DNA of 64,000 nucleotides from Promethearchaeota archaeon (GCA_048937405.1 JBHLNF010000012.1:22002-86001), one strand, 5' to 3'; shown: positions 53,078 through 61,884, counted from the first letter of the stretch. The notes: a model not told the origin generated them from the sequence alone. Numbers and translations are program-made.

Positions 53078-54256
53078 TTAATTCAAAATTAATAATTCTC
53101 CTTCAATTCTTCCAAAGAAATTGTTTTCCTCAATTAATTCTTGTACGATATCGTTGAAGTGTTCTGGTAAATTCATTATAATTGAATTTGGAATGCTAGT
53201 TTTAATATCCCCCATATTAATTTCTCTCTTTCCTTGATTTGCATATAAATATTGAAGGATCTTACTCTTACATTTTTCTTTATTCAGTTCAGTCTCCTGT
53301 CTTCTTTTTAATTGCATAATTTCAGTTTCTTTTAAACCTCCTATTTTCCCTTCATGAGTAAGCTTTCCATCTCTCATATGAAAAACTTTCGTAGCAAACT
53401 CAGATACCGCAGCATCGTGACTTACTGCAACAAATGTCGCCCCTCGTCTATTTAAATCTCGAAGGAGATTTAATACCATAACACCCGTTTTTGAATCCAA
53501 ATCACCAGTAGGTTCATCTAATACACATATTGCTGGATCATTTGCAAAAGCTCTTGCTATTGCAACTCTTTGTTGTTCTCCTCCGCTTAATTCAGACGGG
53601 GTGTGATGTGCTCTTTCATCCAATCCAACTAACCTCAATAGATCCATTGCTTTTTTTCTTTTACCTCGACGACTCAATTTTCCAGAAAAATGTAATGGAA
53701 CCATAACATTTTCCATGGCAGTCATTTGGGGAAGTAAGTTATAGAATTGAAATACAAATCCAATCCTCTCTCGTCTGATTTCAGCAAGATCATTATCAGA
53801 AAGCATAGAAATATTCCTGCCTTCCAAAAAGATCTTACCTCTCGTAGGGGTGTCAAGACCTCCAATTAAGTTGAGCAGAGTTGTTTTTCCGGAACCTGAA
53901 GGCCCCATAATATCAATAAAGTCCCCATTATCTATAGTTAAATCAACACCTCGAAGTGCTGCCACGGCTGTAGTTCCTAATAAATATGTCTTGTGAAGGT
54001 TCTCAACAACTATTAAATGTTCATAGTCTTTTCCGGCCATTTTATCCTCTTTTATTTCTTTTTTCATCTTTTTCTTTTCAATCTTCGATTGAGTGAGTAT
54101 TTCTAATTTTTGTTTCTTTATTTCTTCCCGTTTTTTCTTTTTTTCCCAATTTTTAAAATGTTTTGAAACCTCGCCTTTCCAAATAGCTAACTTACCTGTT
54201 TCTTGTTCATATTGCTCCATAAGAGGACTTTTTTCAATTACCGGTGATTTAGTCAT
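53078..54256 (-). CDS. MacB/LolD-type ABC ATPase with extra N- and C-terminal domains
   Basis: GPSGSGKTT, GFVFQFYNL, LSGGEQQRVAIARA, LDEPTGDLD, VSHD. Confidence 0.95.
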   Translation of the reverse strand: MTKSPVIEKSPLMEQYEQETGKLAIWKGEVSKHFKNWEKKKKREEIKKQKLEILTQSKIEKKKMKKEIKEDKMAGKDYEHLIVVENLHKTYLLGTTAVAALRGVDLTIDNGDFIDIMGPSGSGKTTLLNLIGGLDTPTRGKIFLEGRNISMLSDNDLAEIRRERIGFVFQFYNLLPQMTAMENVMVPLHFSGKLSRRGKRKKAMDLLRLVGLDERAHHTPSELSGGEQQRVAIARAFANDPAICVLDEPTGDLDSKTGVMVLNLLRDLNRRGATFVAVSHDAAVSEFATKVFHMRDGKLTHEGKIGGLKETEIMQLKRRQETELNKEKCKSKILQYLYANQGKREINMGDIKTSIPNSIIMNLPEHFNDIVQELIEENNFFGRIEGELLILN

Positions 54257-54466
54257 TTTAGATCTCTTTATAATAATATTTTCTATTTTCTAAATTCTCT
54301 TATCCAATTTTATAAGATCATATCAAAATGGAAAAATAAACTTTTTGAGATAACTCATCGTTTACAGATATGAAAATTTTGAAAATCTTTTAAAAATTGA
54401 TGTTCTAATCGAATAGAACAACCAATAGTTCATACTAAATTATAAAAAAATTGAAATTTGGAATTT

Positions 54467-54694
54467 TTATTCTTCATTACGGAATTTTATTAGGAGTATT
54501 ATTCCAACAATAACTAAAGCAAGTATGGAAACCAAACTAATAATTAATGATATTCTTTGAATTATTTTTATTTGATTAGTTGGAATTCCAATACGTTCAT
54601 AAATTTGTGGAAATATGAACAATGAAACTAAGCCATAGATTAAATCTGCACCTGCTACTCCTAATAAAATAAACCCTATATTTTTTTTTTTCAT
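54467..54694 (-). CDS. Small two-TM membrane protein
   Basis: 75 aa with two hydrophobic helices. Confidence 0.65.
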   Translation of the reverse strand: MKKKNIGFILLGVAGADLIYGLVSLFIFPQIYERIGIPTNQIKIIQRISLIISLVSILALVIVGIILLIKFRNEE

Positions 54695-54927
54695 TTATAT
54701 CGCCCTTAATATAAAAGAGCTCTACTCTCTATTAAGAGATAATTCTTAAAGAAGATTTTTAGTGATGTTAATAATATAAATACTTCAATTCATATATTTT
54801 TTATTTTCCCTTTTCATTACAGAAATATTCAATTTGGGGTTTTAATTCAATCGAACATTACTATTTTGGAATTCCCATAGCTATTTCATTTATTATTATT
54901 TTTTTCTTTTCAAAAGATTATCAAAAA

Positions 54928-55200
54928 TTGAAAACATACTTAAAAATAAAAAAGCAAAAAATCTTTGAATCATTCAAGACAGAATCTTTATTTCAATCTG
55001 ATCTTGTTATTTTGAGTTTATATATTATTTATTGTATTTTTCTTTTAGCTCAGTTTATACGATATTGCATGTATATTTGGAGTGGATTTACAGAAAGTAA
55101 TTTTCACTTAGTTTTAGGGTGGATAATGTTTTTTATCTTTATAGGATATATATGTATCTTTTCAATTTTAGCAATAAATACATTTTTTATTAAAAATTGA
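54928..55200 (+). CDS. Small two-TM membrane protein
   Basis: 90 aa, TTG start, two hydrophobic segments. Confidence 0.5.
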   Translation: MKTYLKIKKQKIFESFKTESLFQSDLVILSLYIIYCIFLLAQFIRYCMYIWSGFTESNFHLVLGWIMFFIFIGYICIFSILAINTFFIKN

Positions 55201-55234
55201 TTTTCATTCAAACTTCTAATTATAGGGTGCCAAT

Positions 55235-55250
55235 AAAAAAGGTTTTAAAG
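55235..55250 (+). promoter_or_regulatory. Putative BRE/TATA promoter of the leader-cimA transcript
   Basis: Purine run AAAAAAGG followed by TTTTAAAG (55243-55250), ending 25 nt before the leader ATG. Confidence 0.6.
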
Positions 55251-55275
55251 TATCTATTATTTTTAGAATCTAATT

Positions 55276-55347
55276 ATGAAATTAAAATTAAAACCAATAA
55301 TAGGTATTATTGCTATCTTCATTATTATTATTGGGATTATTATTTAA
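55276..55347 (+). CDS. Putative isoleucine-rich leader peptide of cimA (MKLKLKPIIGIIAIFIIIIGIII)
   Basis: ATG 55276 to TAA 55345-55347; 12 of 23 codons are Ile (9 ATT, 2 ATA, 1 ATC); 105 nt upstream of cimA on the same strand. Confidence 0.75.
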   Translation: MKLKLKPIIGIIAIFIIIIGIII

Positions 55348-55356
55348 TTTCAATAA

Positions 55357-55415
55357 AGAAATTTTAAACCCTTTTAACCTTTCTTTTGTTTGCCTTTTCT
55401 CGGTTTAAAATTTCT
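55357..55415 (+). terminator. Putative attenuator: 14-bp perfect stem enclosing a 31-nt U/C-rich tract
   Basis: AGAAATTTTAAACC (55357-55370) / GGTTTAAAATTTCT (55402-55415); loop CTTTTAACCTTTCTTTTGTTTGCCTTTTCTC. Confidence 0.6.
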
Positions 55416-55452
55416 CCTGAATATCAAAAAACTATAAAAATTAAAAAAATCA

Positions 55453-57066
55453 TTGGTGAAAAAAGCATTGGTCAATAATAATAGCGTGTCTATATATGAT
55501 TCAACCCTTCGAGAGGGAAGTCAAAAAACTGGAATTAGCTTTTCAGTTGATGATAAAATCAGAATTCTAGAACGGTTAATAAAGGATCTTAATATTGCGA
55601 TGATTGAAGTTGGGTGGCCAGGGTCCAATCCAAAAGATATTTTGCTATTTGATAAGATCAAAACGATGGATATAGATTTAAATGGGACTAAGATTTATGC
55701 TTTTGGTAGTACCAGACGTAAAGATATAAAAGCTGAAGATGACAGTAATTTAAAAGCTTTTTTAGAAGTTGGTATAAAGCATGCTACAATTTTCGGGAAG
55801 AGTTGGGATTTACATGTTGAATCTGCTTTAGAAACTAGTTTAGAGGAAAACCTTAATATGATAGAAGATACAATCACTTTTTTGAAGAAAAACGGGATTG
55901 ACGTGATATATGATGCAGAGCATTTCTTCGATGGATATAAAAATAATAAACAATACGCTTTGGAAACGATTTTACGTGCAAGAAATGCGGGGGCATCATG
56001 GATTGTTCTATGTGATACAAATGGTGGGCTTTTGTTAAATGAATTAGGTCCAATTTTAGAAGATGTTAAAAATTTCTTAGGGGATGATATTGCTTTAGGA
56101 ATTCATCCCCATAATGATTGTGGTTTGGCAAATGCTCTTGCTTTAACAGCTTTTCACCATGGAGTCAGAATGATACAAGGAACAATGAACGGTTTTGGTG
56201 AAAGATGTGGTAATACGGATTTAACAACAATATTGCCTGTTTTGAAATTAAAAATGGGAATTGATTGTATTTCGGATGAAAAATTGGAAAATATCACTGA
56301 AGTTTCACATTTTATTTACGAAATGGCAAATTTGGTTGCATATAACGATCAACCTTTTGTAGGAAGAAATGCATTTTCACATAAAGGAGGTGTTCATATT
56401 TCTGCTATGCGTAAAAATGTAAGAACATATGAACATATAAATCCTGAACTAGTAGGAAATTCTCGAAATATAAAGATTTCTGAATTAGCAGGTAAGAGTT
56501 CGATATTGCATATGGCAAAGAAATTTGGAATACCTTTAGCAGAAGACAATCCTAAAGTTGCTGAAATCTTAAACGTTATTAAAGAAAAAGAGAAAGATGG
56601 ATATGCTTATGATGGTGCAGATGCTTCTTTAGAAATTATTATGAGGAGTATGGATATGAATATTCAAGACCCAGATTATTATACAAAAAAGTTTTTCGAA
56701 TTAGAAGGATTTCGAGTATTAACTGAATTATATAATGATAATTTAACATCTGAAGCAACTATCAAAGTAAAAGTTAAAGGTCAAGAATTTCATACTGCAG
56801 CCGAAGGAAACGGACCGGTAAATGCATTAGATAACGCTCTTAAAAAAGCCTTACTTCACTTTTATCCTAGTATTAATGAAATAAATCTTACTGATTTTAA
56901 AGTAAGAATAATAAATAAAGCAGGTACCGCTTCCAAGGTAAGAGTATTAGTTGAAACTAATGATAATAAAAACTCCTGGGGTACGATTGGAACACATGAG
57001 AATATTATCGTAGCATCATGGAAAGCACTCGTTGATTCCTACATCTTTAAATTATTGAAGAAATAA
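55453..57066 (+). CDS. cimA: Citramalate synthase (isoleucine biosynthesis)
   Basis: YDSTLREGSQ, IFGKSWDLHV, YDAEHFFDG, LCDTNGG, HPHND, GERCGN; LeuA-type regulatory domain GNGPVNALD. Confidence 0.92.
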   Translation: MVKKALVNNNSVSIYDSTLREGSQKTGISFSVDDKIRILERLIKDLNIAMIEVGWPGSNPKDILLFDKIKTMDIDLNGTKIYAFGSTRRKDIKAEDDSNLKAFLEVGIKHATIFGKSWDLHVESALETSLEENLNMIEDTITFLKKNGIDVIYDAEHFFDGYKNNKQYALETILRARNAGASWIVLCDTNGGLLLNELGPILEDVKNFLGDDIALGIHPHNDCGLANALALTAFHHGVRMIQGTMNGFGERCGNTDLTTILPVLKLKMGIDCISDEKLENITEVSHFIYEMANLVAYNDQPFVGRNAFSHKGGVHISAMRKNVRTYEHINPELVGNSRNIKISELAGKSSILHMAKKFGIPLAEDNPKVAEILNVIKEKEKDGYAYDGADASLEIIMRSMDMNIQDPDYYTKKFFELEGFRVLTELYNDNLTSEATIKVKVKGQEFHTAAEGNGPVNALDNALKKALLHFYPSINEINLTDFKVRIINKAGTASKVRVLVETNDNKNSWGTIGTHENIIVASWKALVDSYIFKLLKK

Positions 57067-57098
57067 ATATATGTTTAAAATAATTTATCAAAAATTTT

Positions 57099-57827
57099 TT
57101 AAAGTTCTTTTTTCTCTAAATATTTCAAGATTTTAGCATAAATATCTTTTTCAGCATCTTTTTTATTATTGAAATTGTCTGATTTTAGAGTTCTTGAAAT
57201 TTTTACGAGCTCTTTCTGATTTTGTTCATCAATAATCCTAGGATTCTTCGCTTTCCAGATTGGATCATGTTCAACTCCACTTTTTTCATAATCAAGTTTA
57301 ACAATAGGAGTTATTTTGTATTTTTCCTGTAAAAATTCTAATAATGAATTCTTACTGGAAATTTTCGATTTTTGCTTGATGTAATCCAAATTCTTGATGA
57401 AGGGATCAATCATTTTTTGTTCTACTAAATCTAAATTCCCCTCAGAATCAAGAAATAAAGCACCACAAACAGCTTCAATAACATCAGCTAATATCTTCGT
57501 ATCTTTAACCTGTTGTTTTTCAGCTTTAAATATAAATTCATGCAAATTAATTTTTTTAGCAATTTCTTTTAAGGCTTTATCACTTTCCAAACCTGCTTTA
57601 AGTTTAGTTATTTCACCAGGCTTTTTTATACCCTTATGATATAGTTTTAAAATAAAAATTACTTTAATTATAGCATCTCCAAGAGTTTCTAAAAATTCAT
57701 AGTGAGGTTTTCCAGTTTCATTACCTAACTGCGGAGTAGTAAGGGCTTCTAACAAGAGTTCTTTTTTCTTAAACTCATATTTTATAAGCGTCTGGAACTC
57801 CTTTAGTCTATCGTTTTTAACGTTCAA
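57099..57827 (-). CDS. rnc: Ribonuclease III with dsRBD-like C-terminus
   Basis: EFLETLGD (variant of ERLEFLGD), ADVIEA, KNSLLEFLQ...NKKDAEK. Confidence 0.88.
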   Translation of the reverse strand: MNVKNDRLKEFQTLIKYEFKKKELLLEALTTPQLGNETGKPHYEFLETLGDAIIKVIFILKLYHKGIKKPGEITKLKAGLESDKALKEIAKKINLHEFIFKAEKQQVKDTKILADVIEAVCGALFLDSEGNLDLVEQKMIDPFIKNLDYIKQKSKISSKNSLLEFLQEKYKITPIVKLDYEKSGVEHDPIWKAKNPRIIDEQNQKELVKISRTLKSDNFNNKKDAEKDIYAKILKYLEKKEL

Positions 57828-57886
57828 TTTCTAATAAACTATATTTTCAGTTAAATTTAAAAATTGAGGAAAAACATTATTACAAT

Positions 57887-58318
57887 ATGGAAAGAGGAAA
57901 TAAGGAAAGAATTCTTGAAATGATAAAAGCAATTGAGAATAAAAATATTGAAATGGAAGAATACATCTCAAATTTATCGATCTTGTCAAGGAATGATATG
58001 TTAAAGAAAATTACTCAGGATATTATCAATAATAATTCAATATTGCAAGAAATCATTGGAAGTAATGCTGAAGTTATTTCTAGTGAAGAAATTGGGAAAA
58101 ATTCTTCTGAAATGATAATAGAGACTTATATTAATAAGATCCAAGAGGATTCTCATAAAAAGATTATTATCCTAAGAGATTTTTTAGATCTATTCCAAGA
58201 ACGGATATCTGAGATTGATAAGGAAGTAATTCTTAAATCATTAAAAGATATTAAAAATGAAGAAAAATTAAGAGAAGAAATGCTGTCGTTGGCAAATATT
58301 TTTAAGCTTGACTTATAA
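57887..58318 (+). CDS. Hypothetical helical protein
   Basis: 143-aa ORF, charged and helical, GAGG upstream. Confidence 0.7.
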   Translation: MERGNKERILEMIKAIENKNIEMEEYISNLSILSRNDMLKKITQDIINNNSILQEIIGSNAEVISSEEIGKNSSEMIIETYINKIQEDSHKKIIILRDFLDLFQERISEIDKEVILKSLKDIKNEEKLREEMLSLANIFKLDL

Positions 58319-58720
58319 TTCAAATAATTTAAGTAATTTTAAAACATGTTTTATTCCCCTAATTTTCATTTTTCCAGATAATATTTTTCTAATAGCCTTA
58401 CCCTTTGAAAAATTATCTCTATTTGTTAACATTTCAAGAAATAATGGCATCGTGGCTTCAAAAAATCCATCCCAACCAGCGTTTTTCTTTTTTAAATTCT
58501 TTTTCGGTTCATTTTTTATTCCTTCTACATAGATTTTACTGTTTTCTACTATCAATAATGCTGCCCATTTACCATCTTTAGCATTTAACAGAACCTTAAC
58601 ATTTATATCCTTCAACTTTTCTCTGAATGCCTCCATTTCATTTAAAGGTTCAATTTGCTTGGAAAGCATTCCTGCAAAACCACGTAATTTCTTTTTTTTT
58701 TCTTCAGTCATTTTTATCAA
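58313..58720 (-). CDS. SCP2 (sterol carrier protein 2)-like lipid-binding protein
   Basis: C-terminal KAIRKILSGKMKIRG pattern; start may be ATG 58711. Confidence 0.65.
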   Translation of the reverse strand: MIKMTEEKKKKLRGFAGMLSKQIEPLNEMEAFREKLKDINVKVLLNAKDGKWAALLIVENSKIYVEGIKNEPKKNLKKKNAGWDGFFEATMPLFLEMLTNRDNFSKGKAIRKILSGKMKIRGIKHVLKLLKLFEL

Positions 58721-58880
58721 TATTTTATGATTTCTTTTTTACATTTAATTGTTAATTAAATCTTAACAAATTTAAAGACTTAAAATTAAGTAAATTCTAA
58801 GTTAAATAGTATTATTTTATTTATTTCAAAACTAAAGAAGAAAAAGTGATCTACCCATAAACCCCTAAAAAATGGTATTA

Positions 58881-59135
58881 TTAATAAGCATCACCGTCAG
58901 CTATATCAAAGAGATCCTCATAAGCTTTCCGATCTTCCCCAGAAATTCTATCTTCTCGCAGAGTTTCCTTTACCACAATGGGAGAACTCTCTTTTTCATC
59001 ATGCTTAATTGATTTTTTTATTTTGTAGTCGTCAGTTTTTGAAGTATCTAATTCAAATTCCTCTTCGCATGCTTTGCAGAGTAGTTTTCCATTTTTTGGG
59101 ACAAGCATATTGCCACATTGTTCGCAGAACCTTAT
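58881..59135 (-). CDS. TFS/RpoM (RPA12/RPB9/RPC11)-like protein, N-terminal Zn ribbon only; probable ATA start
   Basis: (M)RFCEQCGNMLVPKNGKLLCKAC; the frame is closed by TAG at 59136-59138, directly before ATA 59133-59135; AGGTGA SD 5 nt upstream. Confidence 0.8.
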   Translation of the reverse strand: MRFCEQCGNMLVPKNGKLLCKACEEEFELDTSKTDDYKIKKSIKHDEKESSPIVVKETLREDRISGEDRKAYEDLFDIADGDAY

Positions 59136-59511
59136 CTACTTCACCTTAAACCTATAATTTCCAATATTTTTGCATTAAAGTATTTAAACTTATCGCTTTA
59201 TGTCATTTCCTAAGAATCTACAGACTATCAGTATAAAAAATATTCCATACTTATAAATTTATCCTTTTATTTGTATTATTTGTTGCCATTTCACACATAT
59301 AAATCTGATGTTTATGAGATAATAAACTTAGTTTTGTATTTAATAGAAGAATCATAAATTAGAAGAACACATAAAAGAATTTATTGATAGATTCTGTTAA
59401 ATTTTTGATAAAAAGTATAGATAAGTATTTGAATAAATTCATAAAAACAGAAAAATAATCAAAAAAACTAATAATCCTTTAGTATAAGTAGTAATAATTA
59501 AACTTAATTTC

Positions 59512-60279
59512 TTGATTTATATAAGTTTCTTGGTGATCTTGAAGAATCAACATAAAATTTTGATAATAGCACATCGAGGAGCAAGTAATGTTGCACCAGA
59601 GAACACATTAAAAGCATTTCAAAAGGCAATTGAATTGAGAGCAGATTATATTGAATTTGATATCCATCAAACAAAAGATAGGGAATTAGTAATCAGACAT
59701 GATGCAAATATTTCTAAATTAGATGGAACAATGAGCCTAATTAGAGATATGACACTTAAAGAATTAAAAGCTATAGATATAGGACAGGGAGAAAAAATCC
59801 CCACATTAAATGAATTAATAGAAATTTCTAAGGGTAATATTGGATTGTGGGTTGAAATAAAAGTTCAAAAGTTAGGAAAAGTTCTTATAGAAATTCTAAA
59901 AAATGAAGATCTTCTAGAAACTTCAATAATTAGTTCTTTTATATTTCGTGAATTACAGGAATTAAAGAAAATAATTTCTGGTTTAAAATTAGGTTTGATT
60001 CTTTCTGAAAAAATGACCTCGCAACGTATGGTGATCAAATTCTGTAGGAAAGCTATTAAGAACAATTTTTTGGCAATTCATTCATATTGGAGGCATATTA
60101 ATAAAGAAATTGTTGAATTTTCACATTCTAATAATCTTAAGGTTAATGCATGGACCGCCATATATGAATCCATAAATGATTCAGACTTGAAAGAATTAGT
60201 AAATTTGGGAATCGATGGATTAATACACAATGATATTCAACAAGCAAGGAGGGTAATAAAAGAAATTTATCAAACCTGA
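59512..60279 (+). CDS. Glycerophosphodiester phosphodiesterase
   Basis: IAHRGAS..APENT, IEFDI, RHD, VEIK; exact start uncertain. Confidence 0.93.
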   Translation: MIYISFLVILKNQHKILIIAHRGASNVAPENTLKAFQKAIELRADYIEFDIHQTKDRELVIRHDANISKLDGTMSLIRDMTLKELKAIDIGQGEKIPTLNELIEISKGNIGLWVEIKVQKLGKVLIEILKNEDLLETSIISSFIFRELQELKKIISGLKLGLILSEKMTSQRMVIKFCRKAIKNNFLAIHSYWRHINKEIVEFSHSNNLKVNAWTAIYESINDSDLKELVNLGIDGLIHNDIQQARRVIKEIYQT

Positions 60280-60355
60280 AATTTTATCTTAAAATATTTT
60301 AGTTTTAACTTATTTAAGTTATTATAAAACTCATTCATACTTGATAATTTTTTTT

Positions 60356-61849
60356 ATGTCAGCAATTAAACAATCCTCAAAGATAAATTTTGAAAAATTA
60401 TTCTTTCCCAAGTCTATTGGGATAATTGGTCTGGGTCAGGACCCTAGTGGAGGTCGTTACTTTTTTCGCTGTATGAAAAATAGATTTAAAGGACCTATTT
60501 ATTTGTTTAATCCTCGCTTAAGTGGACAAGATTTCCATGGATATAAAGTTTTTAGTTCTATTTTAGAAATTTCTGACCCTATTGATTATGTGATTTTAGC
60601 TGTTCCAGCTAGACTATGTCCTAAATTAATGGAAGAAATTGGGAAAAAAGGAGTACCTTTTACGACTATATTTGCTTCAGGATTCCGTGAAGTAGGTAAT
60701 GTAGAATTAGAAGAAGAAGTCTTAACTATTGCGAAAAAATACAATGTAAGAATAATTGGTCCAAATTGCCTAGGTGTATATAATCCACAAGCAGGATTAT
60801 ATTTTGCACTTGAACAATCAGGAAAAGGAGGAAATTTTAGTGGTATTTTCCAATCTGGTGGAATTGCCCAAAATTTATCTCAGTTAGCTGTTTCTTATGG
60901 GCTTTATGTTTCTAAATTTATATCAATAGGAAATTCATTAGATTTATCTCCCGCAGAGTTTTTAGAATATTTTTATAATGATGAATCTACAAAAATTATT
61001 GGATTGTATATTGAAAATTTACGATCAATTCAACAAGGGAGGAAATTTATGAATATGATAAAAGAATGTAATTTAAACAATAAACCAGTAATACTTTGGA
61101 GATCAGGTTATGGTGAAGCAACAAAAAAAGCAATTTTATCTCACACTGGTGGTTTAGCGGGAAATAATGCAATATGGAATGCAGTTGGAAAACAAACAGG
61201 TAGCTGTATTGTAAATAATTCAAATGAAGTCGCAGCATTAGCTTCAGCTTTTAATTTTACTCCTTTACCTGAAAATCGTAATGTCGGTGTGATTGGAATA
61301 GGTGGGGGTTCCACGATTGAAGCTATAGATATTTTTGAACGATATAATCTAAACATTCCAAATTTAACAGAAAAAACAATAGCTAAAATGAACAGATTCT
61401 TACCAGATGTTAATACAAATCTTACAAATCCTCTTGATTTAGGAGGTTCAGGTATAAGACCTAATATTTATTTTCGCACGATTCTGACTTTAGATAAAGA
61501 TCCGAATATATCATCTATAGTTTTTATTAAAGATCCTGAAAGATTTCAGGGATTTGAAGATTTTTTAGAAGATATGGGTTTTAAAGGTATGGATCTTAAT
61601 AAAGAATTTATAAGATATATCTCAAAGGCAATAAGAATTTGTTCTAAGCCTATTTATTGTGTTATGTTAAAAATAAACGAAGGATTTGAAGAATACAAAA
61701 GTAGATATACTTTCAAATTGAAACTTTTGAATTTACATGTACCTGTATTTGAAACACTTGAATTAACAGGTAAAATTCTTGATAACGTTAATTCATATAG
61801 AGAATTCTTACAGAAACATGGAAAATTTTCGAAAAAAGAAGTAATCTAA
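60356..61849 (+). CDS. Acyl-CoA synthetase (ADP-forming) alpha-like CoA-binding protein, divergent third paralog
   Basis: GPNCLG, FQSGG, SIGN, SHTGG, NPLD; start taken at ATG 60356. Confidence 0.88.
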   Translation: MSAIKQSSKINFEKLFFPKSIGIIGLGQDPSGGRYFFRCMKNRFKGPIYLFNPRLSGQDFHGYKVFSSILEISDPIDYVILAVPARLCPKLMEEIGKKGVPFTTIFASGFREVGNVELEEEVLTIAKKYNVRIIGPNCLGVYNPQAGLYFALEQSGKGGNFSGIFQSGGIAQNLSQLAVSYGLYVSKFISIGNSLDLSPAEFLEYFYNDESTKIIGLYIENLRSIQQGRKFMNMIKECNLNNKPVILWRSGYGEATKKAILSHTGGLAGNNAIWNAVGKQTGSCIVNNSNEVAALASAFNFTPLPENRNVGVIGIGGGSTIEAIDIFERYNLNIPNLTEKTIAKMNRFLPDVNTNLTNPLDLGGSGIRPNIYFRTILTLDKDPNISSIVFIKDPERFQGFEDFLEDMGFKGMDLNKEFIRYISKAIRICSKPIYCVMLKINEGFEEYKSRYTFKLKLLNLHVPVFETLELTGKILDNVNSYREFLQKHGKFSKKEVI

Positions 61850-61884
61850 AGCTTTAGAAAAATGTGAATTCTTTTCCTTGTCTC

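Noticed and set aside
55305-55345. Reading the ATT runs as a neutral microsatellite
   Set aside because: The interruptions are whole in-frame codons (GGT, GCT, TTC, GGG), synonymous ATA and ATC are used, and the ORF lies between a TATA-like element and an Ile-pathway gene. It is kept as a leader candidate, but chance or a small membrane peptide is not excluded.
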